A DNA stretch of 64,000 bases from Octopus sinensis (Eukaryota): the NCBI RefSeq assembly GCF_006345805.1, contig NC_043002.1:72850001-72914000 (forward strand), read 5' to 3'. The notes under the pieces were generated by a model. The model was given only the letters and a program-made list of their open reading frames with translations, ran no database searches and was not told where the DNA came from. Shown piece after piece: positions 24,001 through 36,000 of the stretch; positions within the stretch are counted from its first letter, which is position 1, and every line of letters begins with the position of its first letter. A program made the position numbers and the translations under genes.

Positions 24001-27000
24001 GAGAGAAAGGGAATAGTGGAACCCCGCGAAAATCGGCCGCCATTGAAAACCCCTGTATGGAGAAACTTAAATATCTATTCTGTATTTAGCGAGACATGAG
24101 GCTGGAACCGATGGTCAACGATAACTAATAAATTATACATAATATGCAATACGAGGCGAAGCTGAAAATAATAATAATAAACAAATTGACGACTGGGGAT
24201 CAAAGGGATAATACTAATACTAATACTACTACTAATAATAATAATAATAATAAACAGCTTAACCACTAGAGATCAGACAAATTTGCATGAGAATATTACT
24301 GGTACAGATTACGGGATGAATTAGATTAGAAAGATTTTCTTATCTTGGAAACAATAATAATAATTGATAAAGGTAATTAATTTGAAAGCTTTAATTACCT
24401 GTGAGCTTGTATCTGCACTAGCAGCAGCCATTGCTTGGTCAAGTTCAGCTGCAGCTTGAGCTTGTTTCTTACTTTCTTCTTTCTTCCGCTACAATAAAAT
24501 TAGATACATAAGTAGACACACACAACGCATACATATAACATAATGTAATAAAGTGTTCCTCAGAAGAACTGTTGTGAACCAGCATTCAACTGCACTATGA
24601 ACAGCTAGTGCAGAGGATGAAATAGCTACAATGGCAAAACGTATATGGGGAATAAATGGTATAAACTGCACCTTGTGTTTATAATACTTTTCCCTATACG
24701 CTTTTGCTCTTTTACTTGTTTCAGTCATTTGACTGTGGCAATGCTGGAGCACTGCCTTTAAATGTGTGACACTTACAGCACCTAGGTTTTCAAAGCGGTC
24801 ACCCATCTAAGTACTAACTAGGCTCGACGTTGCTTAACTTTGGTGATCGGATGAGAACCGGTGCTTTCAAAGTGCATATATACAATTCAGATATGTTTCT
24901 TGTTCTAAAAAATTGTTTCTGGTGCTACAGATTCACTGACTGCAAGGAATCATCTTTGCATGAATACCATTCTTTATTAAATTCAAGTGTATACCTTTCA
25001 TCATATGAAAGACTTTAATGAGAAAAATGAAATGAATTGAATAGGTTAAAGAAAAGTACAACTACACTCCCTTACTTGGTCAATTTGTCCTTGCACACGG
25101 CTGTGTTCTCCGTTTGTTAGAACATCTAATAGATTGTCAACCATTTTAATAGTGTAATCCCCTGTAGAATCTGCAAAGGCCATTATACTAAAACAAAAAA
25201 GAGAAAGAGATTTGAATACTATATGAATCAATTATTTTAATGATGAAAAATATAAGTTTAACCCTTTAGCATTTAAATCATCATCATCATTTAATTTCTG
25301 CTTTCCATGCTGGCATGGGTTGGACGGTTTGACATAGAGCTGTCCAGACTTCATTTGTCTGTTGCGGCATGGTTTCTACGGCTGGATGTCCTTCCTCAAA
25401 TGTAATACTCATTTATTCACATTGTCTTCATTAATCATGCTTTATCATAATCTGGTCAGTTTAAACATAAAATGGCCAAAATATTTGGGCTGGATATGAC
25501 TGGTTTAAATGCTAAAGAGTAAAAACAAAAAAAAAAACCTCTACAATCTTTAATTATCATAAAACTAAATATAAAAGATACTTTTACGATTTCAAGAAGA
25601 TAAGCAACTATTACACAGGAACATTTAATTAGGAAATTAATCTTGTAGTCTTAATCAAGTAATTTCTTTCCATAAATTAGGCTTGGCCATCTTGCTACAA
25701 AAATTCTTAAGCTTAACTTTACAAGTCTATTAATCTAAGACTTCATATCATCTATTTAACAGATATTTTCAATCAACCTTCATCTATGCTAAAGATTTTT
25801 ATTACATGTTTTCCAGCCATTTTATAAGTCATGTACTGTATTTTTTCATATTTTTTTTTGTTAATGAGACAATAAAATAATAACTTTGCAAATTTTTAAT
25901 TTAATTTTACAGTAATACTAAATATATTTAATTCTATCTGAAAAATATACCTGTTGCTGATGAAGTACATAACATGCTGAAATCACATGATACAACAGTT
26001 CTGCCACTGGTGTTTAACAATTCTTGACTGCTATTAATATCTGTTTTTATATACTAGATACTTATATGAGAGGCTTTCTCAGAGTAAGTACTGAAATATT
26101 TTCATTTTCTCATTAAAACTCCACATAAAAATTATTCTATGTTATCTATGTTCAATCAAAACTATCAAGCAAAATATTGATATATTTTTTATGTTGATTT
26201 CATCTCATTAACAAGTTAACATTAATCTATTTTTTTAAACAGCTTCAATAATGACTGCCCTCAGTAAAAACACTTTTGTGATTACCAAAATAATTAGAGT
26301 CTGATAAAGTCATGTAACTACTTGATGGCTTGATGGCATTATGTCATAAATATTCTTCTATTAAAGTCATTTGTATAAATTCAGCTACTGTTTTATCAAA
26401 CTGCAGAAAATGAAATCATGAAGTACGTTGCTTCGTATATCTCTTCTTTCATTTCCCTCAGAAAAATTGAGGGACGCACATACACACATAATTACATTTT
26501 GCTTCATGACCACTAGATCCTGGGTTTTTTTTTATCTAGCTGCATGGCACCACAGGCAAGTGTCTTTTACGAAAACCTTGGATTGAGCCAAACCTTGTGA
26601 GTGTGTGAAATTAGGTTAATGGAAATTATGTGAAGCCTGTCAGATGTGTTATACATGTAATTAAAAACATACAGCTTTGTCACAGTGTTACACTTAAAAT
26701 GTGGTATACTCAGACATTTATACAACTTACACATAATAATAATTACATAACTTCTTTTGTTAATTTTTTTCTATTTCATTTTGTATGTTAGAAGCTGAAA
26801 AATTTACAGCTTTAAAAAAAAAAACCAAAATGAATAATCTAAGGAAGATGTACCTTTTGGCATACTGTACCCCTGTTTCATCACCATATGTTGTCATAAG
26901 CATATCAGATTCTTCTTTAGTGATGTTGGCAAAAGATGAATCAAACGACGGAGCGTAACTGCTGAATGGACCATAATTAAGATACGACACTGAAAGAGAA

Positions 27001-30000
27001 AACATAGATCAACATTAGCTATATAAACTCTAAATGCTTAAATAAATAGAAAAAAAAAGAATTAATCAGTGAGAACTTCTATGTAAATATTTTGATCTAA
27101 TGATTGAGAAGAAATGTCAAGGCATTGTTTATAACAAACCTTTGATAATAATAATAATTATTAATGATGTTGTTAGTGGTATCTATCAGTTCAGTAACCA
27201 GTAGATGTATTGGAAATTTAAGAAATACTAAACAGTGATACAGCAAGCTGTTTTTAAGCATGGAGAATTATTCCTCTCTTAATGCTTTCCTTTTTGCAGC
27301 TGGGTGAACTTGCCACTTGAGGAAAGATATATGCACGTACAGTTTTGTGCTGGTGTGAGGATACAAATAATTGTTACTTTGGCAAGTAGATTTGCAACAT
27401 AGACTTGGCTGTATATAATGTTTTGACTTGTTAATGCAGAAACCCCTCAAGGAAGTTGTAGGACAAGTTCTGTACAATGATTCAAAGTTTTTATTTTTAA
27501 TACAAGTGCAATGAAAGGCCCTTAGTGAAAAAGATAAGAGAATGATAAACATTCACCAAACTCAACATATCTTATTCACAGAATAAAATAAGATATATCA
27601 ATGCTTCTTCAGAACTAGCCTATTGCCTTTTTGAAGACATGGGTCTGTTTGTCAAGAAAGTAGAATTTATTGGGAAGAAATTTTGATGGTTTATAGTCCA
27701 GGGTTCAATTTAAATAATGAACAATTTTGCCTTTTATTCCAGCAAGTCTAAATAAAATGCAGTCAGTACCTTACTAAGAATAAATGGATACAAGTACTGA
27801 CTGATGTAGGTAGTTCATCTCCATTCAAATGTTGAATAAGTTGTTTCAGTGCTACACAAGCTGCTTTGATGAAAGCTCAACACCACCATCACCAATAATA
27901 ACAACTACGAAGAGTGCAAAAGAACATTCAAGGCAGTTGTGTCACAAATAAACGGACAATATCCCTGGGTGTTAAAAGAGAAACAGATACTAAATTCCTG
28001 AGAACTAAAGACAACTAAATTATCTAGTAAAATCTGTTTGGTTCAGTAAAGCATATATGCTAAAGTTTTAAAAACCAGAAAGAATTTCATGAAAAATGGA
28101 AAATACCAGGAGAGATCTTGTTGCGCTTATCTTCTTTAAAACCTGTTAGAACTCCAGTTCCATTAGTTAGTTTTGATGCCAAGCCTCCAAGGTTCACAAC
28201 TTTTTCAGTATCACTGACTGAAATTAAAATAGATTTAAAAAATGATGCTTAATACAAAGTGAATTAATTTTAATTGGAAACAATGAAAAATAATAAAAAT
28301 GTACAACGCAATATGGTATTATTTTATATAAAATTTTGTTGTTCCTGCTAGGACAAGACTCATATACCTGCAAATACACAAATGTAGTTATGCCGGCACT
28401 CTGTTGGTTACGATGAGGGTTCCAAATGATCAGATCAGCAGAACAGCCTGCTCGTGAAATTAATGTGCAAGTGGCTGAGTGCTCCACAGACATGCGCATA
28501 CTCTGAATGTAGTCCTTAGGGAGATTGTGACACAGAATGTGACAAAGCTGGTCCTTTGAGATACAAGAACTTTACATTTTTGCCAGCTGAGTGGACTGGA
28601 GCAACATGAAATAAAATGTCTTGCTCAAGAACACAACACACCACCAGATATTGAGCTCATGACCTTATGATCATGAGCTGAATACCTTTACCACTAAGCC
28701 AAAATGTAATCATAATTATAAGCATTTTAACATCCACTTTTCCATGCTTGCTATACATAAATTTTTAGAGAATTTGGTTCATAACCTAAAAGCCATTTAC
28801 AATATCAATACATAGGAACTGATCAAAGACTGGTGATTTAACGAGCAGAGATTGACTTCTCACACATGAAAATTATTTTCTACTCTAGGCACAAGGCCCC
28901 AAATTTTTGTGGAGGGAGCCAGTTGATTAGATTGACCCCAGTACACACAACTGGTACTCAATTTATCGACCCTGAAAGGATGAAAAGCAAAGTCGACCTC
29001 AGCAGAATTTGAACTCAGAATGTAAAAGACAGACGAAATTCTAAGCATTTCGCCCTGCATGCTAACGTTTCTGCCAGCTGTTTGGTTCAGTAAAGCATAT
29101 ATGCAAAATTTTGCCTTACACGTGAAAATTATTGTATTTGAAAAAAATGTCTTGAAATAAAGAAATAATAATGGTTTCAAATTTTGCCAAAAGGGGAGCA
29201 ATTTGGGGTGGGGGTGGGGGTGGGGAGTGAGTCAATTACATTGACCCCAGTGTTCAACTGGTACTTTATCGACCTTGAAAAGATGAAAGGTAAAGTCAAC
29301 CTCGGCAGAATTTGAACTCAGAATGTAGCAACAGGTGAAATACTGCTAAGCATTTCGTCCAGTGAGCTAACAATTCCCCCAGCTCGTTGCCTTATAATTA
29401 AGAAATAATAATGACAATAAAATTATCCATACCTTTTCCATCATTTTCTGGGTTTAAGATGGTCAAAGATGTACTACCATCTTTCCTTCGTCTTAAGAAA
29501 CCATACTGAAAGTATAAGAAAACCAACAATACATTATTGTACAGTACAACGTGTTAACTTTAAATGTGAGATGTCTTCTTATTTTTGTTTTAACTTAATG
29601 AATGTTAATATTTCATTTAGATTTTCTGAAGTGCAAAAGTGCAGCCACCATCCAGCTGTTTGAAAGACTGGAATCATGTAGTTGTATGTATGTTTGGAAA
29701 GCTTGAAAAGTGTGGCTGTAGTGTGATTCATAAAGATTTGGAGATTAAGCATATTTTAAAAAATAGGCAAGAAGGGACAACAAATAATATACACAACAGG
29801 GGTTCTCAAACTTTTTTTTTTACCTGTGGACTCCTTTGATTCCTATTTTACTTCTGTGGACACCCATACCCATCTGATATTTTAAAAAATCCTATTGTAT
29901 TTTTGTTGCAAAGTTGTCTTTTGATGATAGGTGTCGCTCTGATAGATAATGTTGTATTCTGAAGTTGAGGATAGAATGTTTCCATCTGGCACTGTACGAC

Positions 30001-33000
30001 CGCAGTCGTAACAGTATTATTATCCTCAAAAGGTTGGAGCATTATAATGTCCACTCAGTAACACAGTATGATTACTATATCAACACAGTCTACACATACT
30101 CTTGACCATCTGACCTTTTCCTTCTGTTAACCGGCTGCTGGTCTATTTATAATGACAGTTTACTACCACTTTTTACCAGGAGGCATGTACAGTTTCACTA
30201 CGCAACAATTTTATAGTTAAATATTATTAGCACTTGTATAAAAATTGTTAAAATATTTTGTGTACTGTGAGCTGAAATGCCAAAACACTTCTTCACTTAG
30301 AAAGAAAAAGCCAGATCACTTCGATCTCATTTTGATATATTTGATAAAAAAAATCTAAGATAACTGCTAACCATCTTACACTGTCTGTCATTAGGAGAAG
30401 GCAAAGTTAACACACAAATCCCATTCTATGTAACTGATTGTGGTCAGGGTGACTTATACTTAGTTTGTCATTATAATACATCAGTATTAGATAGCTATAG
30501 TAAACGAAAAGTCATTTATTTAACTCAGTGGTTTGCAATCAAATTTTTAACTTATGGACCTCTTTGATTACTATTTTATTCTGGTGGACTCTCATAGCCA
30601 CTCAATGTTTACAAACTAGTTTTATAGATGCTTCTTTCAAAATTCCTATTGTTTTTCACACATTCACTGGTGTAGTTTGAACTATGTAAAACATTAGAAA
30701 AAGAAAATGCGCTGTTTTTTGCAATAAATATATCTAAAGCAAAATTTTTTCAAGGACCCTGCAAAATGCTATATGGATCCCCAAGGGGTCTTATAGACCC
30801 CAGTTGAGAACCACTGATTTAACTCATTTGTTAGCATATTTATGTTGAAATACACTACAGCCTTTATTTTAGTTCATTTAGAAAATAACGAAAAAGTTCA
30901 TAAAATAATTTTATAATTCTATATTCAAGAGATGAGGAATTATATACATTATTTACATTTGACAGATATTTGTCCTCATCTTGTTTGTTGTTAACACAAT
31001 GTTTTGGCTGATATACCCTCCAGCCTTCTTCAGGTGTCTTTAAATCCAGGTTTGAAATTTCCTCAAGACACCTGAAGAAGGCTGGAGGGTATATCAGCTG
31101 AAACGTTAGCAACAAACAAGATGAGGACAAATATCCATCTAATGTAAATAACTTTATCATTATTAAACTAATATTTGGAACATATTAGGTTGGATATAAA
31201 CAAGTCTTTCCATGCAGGATGCAAAAACAAAAAAGGGAAAAATACAAGATGATAATCAACCAAATAGCTTATAATGCAAATGTGGCTTGTATACCACACC
31301 TGTCTTCAGAATTTAGCAGTGTAAATAAGCCACACCTGTCCTCTGTGGAAGAAAGCATATTGTGTCAACAGACCACACCGAGCCTTAAAGGGTTAACATG
31401 AGATTTAGATGGGAAATTTTAATTTCAATCAATTTAAAACTGGAGCTTTGTATCAAAGACCCAATTATGGTTTCAGGTGAGTTGCTATCAAGAGAATGGT
31501 TAAGTAATGTAAATCAAGCTTTTACCTGTGCTTTCGGTTGTCTCAAAGTTAGCAGATCAGCGGCTTCTTTAGCTGCAGCACGAGCTTGTGCCAAAATTTC
31601 TTCAGGTGTCATATTATCAGGAATCGCTTCAAATCGACTCAAGCTGACCACAGAAATATGTTAAAAAAAAAAAGAAAAAAGACACAGGTATAAAATAGAT
31701 TTATACACATCTATCTTTTACTTGTTTCAGTCATTAGACTGTAGCCAATTAGTGTTGGGTCATTTATGTTCCTGTTAGTTAGCAGCCTGGTGAAACAGAC
31801 GAATAAAATAAGTACCAGATTTAAAAAAAAGAAAAGTAAAATAAGTACCAAAGTGGACTTGACCAACTAAACCTTTCAAGACAATGTTCCAGCATGGCCG
31901 TAGTCTTTTGATTGAATTAAAAGATAAAAAACATATAAAACATAATCCTACATTCCTTAAATATGTGTGTATTTTAAAAATTACTATAAAGTGTTATAGT
32001 GACTTCTTACTGTTAAAGTGTGAGAGAGATTAATATGACTCAAGGACTGTTACAAAAGGTTTAACACTTTAGCATTTACACTGCTAATATCTGGCCCAAA
32101 TATTCTACATGTTCTATGTACAAAGTGGCCAGATCCGGCATCTCACACCAACTCTATAATGTCATTCTAAAAATTAACAGCTACCTCATTAAAATCTCGA
32201 AGCCAATAGCACAACTAGAGTGTGTGCTGCCCAAGGTGGCCCTTCTGTTTGCCCACCCCCACTGCCGGACTCCACAAAATACATATATTGCTTACAGCAG
32301 ACCCAAAAGTGTTGCTCTGGGTGGATCGCCTCTACCCCACCTACTGCCCCCAGCTATGCTAGTGCATGATTAATTCAAAACAATGTAAATAAATAAGTGT
32401 TATCTTTGACAGAATAGTGTGAATTCTAAAGAGTTAAACTGCCAATATCCAACCCAAATATTCTACCTGTTTTATGTTAAAATGGACTAGATCCAACCTT
32501 TCACACCTACCCTACAATGTCATTCTAAAAATATACAAAAAACAACACCACAGAAATCTTGAAGCTACAAGATAATGTGTGATTAATTCAAAGCAATGTG
32601 AATAAATAAGCCATACATTTGACAAAGAGATCTGATTGCTAAAGGGTTGAACAGTTACATTCTTACCTTGTTTTCTGTTTTTTGTGCTTCTTTTCTTTGG
32701 AATGCTGGTCATCTGTGACGGAATCAAAATTATCATCATTGACACCGATAATGTTATCTTCACTTTCATCTTCCAGACCAAGTTCCTCCATGGTCAATTC
32801 ATTCATAAAATCGAGGTTACGCTTCATACCAAGGAGGTTCTCCTGAACAATGGAAAAAATTCACAGATGATGATGATGATGAAAGAATAAAGTCAATTTT
32901 TTAACAACTATAGGAAAAGTATTTTTCTGTTTAGAACAACAAGCACATGTATCATCATAATCATTTAACGTCCACTTTTACAAGCCTACTTGGGTCACAT

Positions 33001-36000
33001 AAAATTTGTTGCGGCAGATTTTTTTTATGGCTTCACTATTGCCAATCCTCACTGGTTTTCAAGTGAGGAAATACATTCTCATAGATAGACATGTTTTCAC
33101 GAAAGATTGGAAATTGACAACCTCATTTGTATGACAATGATGGTCACTTATAAATATGATATTAAGACAAGGGTACACTCAAAGACACACATTATCTTTC
33201 CCATGATGATGATCATGAAATGTGTATGTGTATCTATAATCTATCTATGTTGACCTGTTAATCCCTACACATATTTTCTCTATCTGTTTTTTTTCATTCT
33301 CTCTCCATTTTTTCCCTCTCAACCCTTTTTGTCGAAGAGCATAGGTTTGAAACGTCAAAGACTTTTCAATTCTTTCTGAGCATTAAACTAATATACCTGC
33401 TTGCTGTTCCCTCACTTATCTTTGTCTTTTGTTTTCTGTAAATTTGAACTATATATATCACCGTGACCGACCAGGCTATCAGATGTTGCTACACATTGCT
33501 GGTCACAATGTGCTTCGCATTGTTTTAGCCTTCAAATGACGCCACCCTGCTGGCTAAGCAAGCAGGCCAACAGAAGAAAGAGTGAGAGAAAGTTGTGGCG
33601 AAAGAGTATAGCAGGGATTGCCACCACCTTGTGGAGCTTTAAGTGTTTTTGCTCAATAAACACATACAATGCCCAGTCTGAGAATCGAAAATGCGATTCT
33701 ACAACTGTGAGTCCGCTGCCCTAACCACTAGGCCATTGCGCCTCCATATATATATATATATACATACATGTACATACGATGGGCTTCTTTCAGTTTCCAT
33801 CTAACAAATCTACACACAAGGCTTTGGTCAAACCAAGACTATAATAGAAGGCACTTACCCAAGGTGCTGTGCAGTGGGATAAACCCAAATCCACATATTC
33901 AGGAAGCAAACTTCTAAACCACACAGCCATGCCTGTACCTAGGCTTTGGTCAACCTTGGACTAAATCAGAAGCAGAAGATACCTGCCCAAGACCATATGG
34001 CTGGGAAGCAAAGTTTGTAAGCACACAGCTATATCTTACTTAAATAGGCTTCTGAACAGTTCCTGCCTACTAAATTCCACTTACAAAGAGTGGTTGGCCT
34101 AAGGTTACAGCAGAACATAGCTCAAGGTGGCATCCAGAGGAATGAAAAGTGGAGCCACATGGTTGTGAAGCGAGGTTTTCCACTTCACAGTTTAACTGCT
34201 GTAAGAGAGCTAAATAATTTCACCTAACTCAACTTTCCATCCAATGAAGGGACTGAGTTAAGGACTATAATACAGCAAAGTCATTGGTGAACTTGTATAT
34301 GTAACTTGACAAACTCACAAGTGATGCTTCAAAACTTCTCACAGCTCACTGTAAACAGGTCAGCCATCAGCAACAAAAATTCCTTGAATACATATATGCT
34401 TGTTGCATTCTTTTTTTTTCACTCTTTTTATTTGTTTCACTCATTTGACTGCGACCATGCTGGAGCACTGCCTTTAGTCGAACAAATTGACCCCAGGACT
34501 TAATCTTTGTAAGACTAGTACTTATTCTATTGGTCTCTTTTGTCGAACTGCTAAGCTATGGGGATGTAAATGTGCCAGCATTAGTTGTCAAGCGATGTTG
34601 GGGGACAAACACAGACATATATATATACAATGGACTTCTTTCAGTTTCCGTCTACCAAATACACTCACAAGGCTTTGGTCAGTAGAAGACACTTGCTCAA
34701 GGTACCATGCAGTGGGACTGAACCCGGAACCATGTGGTTGGTAAGCAAGCTACTTACCACTACTTTTATTAATTCTTGACAAATTGGTTTTACCAAGAAA
34801 TATCTACCAAAAAGATAGAGCAAAATTTTAATTTAGCTCTTTCCAGTTACTGAATGGAATGTAATAAAACTCATACCTTGCTCAATTGTTTTACTCCCAT
34901 GTGGAGTAAACGTCTCGCTTCTTTATAATAAATAGTCTCAGGTCTGTTGTAGATCATAGCGTTCTGACACATAAGAATAAAATCTTTCTGCAAAAATATA
35001 AAGAAATAAAAATTCATAAATTTAAAGAAAGTAAATATTAATATCAAATGGATACACAACGATTAAAAGTAGAAATGGCAAGACTGATTATAGCACTTCT
35101 ATTCATCATCATCATCATCGTTTAACGTCCGCTTTCCATGCTAGCATAGGTTGGACGATTTGACTGAGGGCTGGTGAACCAGATGGATGTGCCAGGCTCC
35201 AATCTTAATCGGGCAGAGTTTCTACAACTGGATGCCCTTCCTAACACCAACCACTCCAAGAGTGTAGTGGGTGCTTTTACGTACCACTGGCACGGAGGCT
35301 AGTCAGGCAGTACTGGCAACGACCTTGCTCGAATCTTTTTACACATGCCGCCGGCACAGGTGCCAGTAAGGCAATGCTGGTAATGATCATGCTCAAATGG
35401 TGCCTTTTACATGCCACCGGCATGGAAGCCAGTTAGCTGCTCTGGCAACGATCACGCTCGGATGGTGCTGGCCTAAATGCTTGCAAAAAAGTCAACTCTA
35501 CTAAAGGTTTTCAAGAATCAGGTGATGGTCTTGAATTAGGTGATGGATTAAGTTTGTCACCCAAAGTTGTATTATACAGAATTACAACGAAAATATTATT
35601 GATCACTGATTAGCATTGTAGGTAACTCTGAAAACGTGCAATTATTGTCTTTTTCCAAGAGTTTGCCTGGTATGTAGCGAAAGGATGCCTGCCACAGAGG
35701 AAGCACAGTATGTTGAAATCATGTGACCTGACAGTTCTGGCACCCATGCCAGACATCCCCTGTATGTTGTGATATGCGTGTGTGTGTGCTCTAAGCACTG
35801 TATGTCTTTATGAAAGGACCTCAAGGCAAATACTGCTGGAATTTGGCATTCTCATAATAAATTCACATTAAGAAGGATATAAAGATCATTGTTATCATTT
35901 CAGCATCCACTTCTCCATGCTTGAATAGGTCAGATGGAATTTGTTGAAGTAGATTTACTACAACTAGATGATTTCCTTGCCACGAACCCTCACTTGTTTC

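Noticed and set aside
24771-24878. Functional 5S rRNA gene
   Set aside because: Single copy, 5' end missing, substitutions in stems, no oligo-T terminator; it is followed by a SINE tail.
27268-27552. 94-aa minus-strand ORF as an extra BRD7/9 exon
   Set aside because: Its candidate acceptor gives phase 2 while exon 9 ends in phase 1; exons 9 and 10 join cleanly without it.
33690-33747. tRNA-like sequences at SINE heads
   Set aside because: Degenerate A/B-box heads run into SINE bodies; no complete cloverleaf was found.
35270-35470. Regularly spaced ggtgcttttacgtgccacc motifs resembling a CRISPR array (also 14560-14760, 55650-55930, 60930-61130)
   Set aside because: They are internal tandem units of the RTE 3'UTR repeat: spacers are homologous between copies, the context is eukaryotic, and no cas genes are present.
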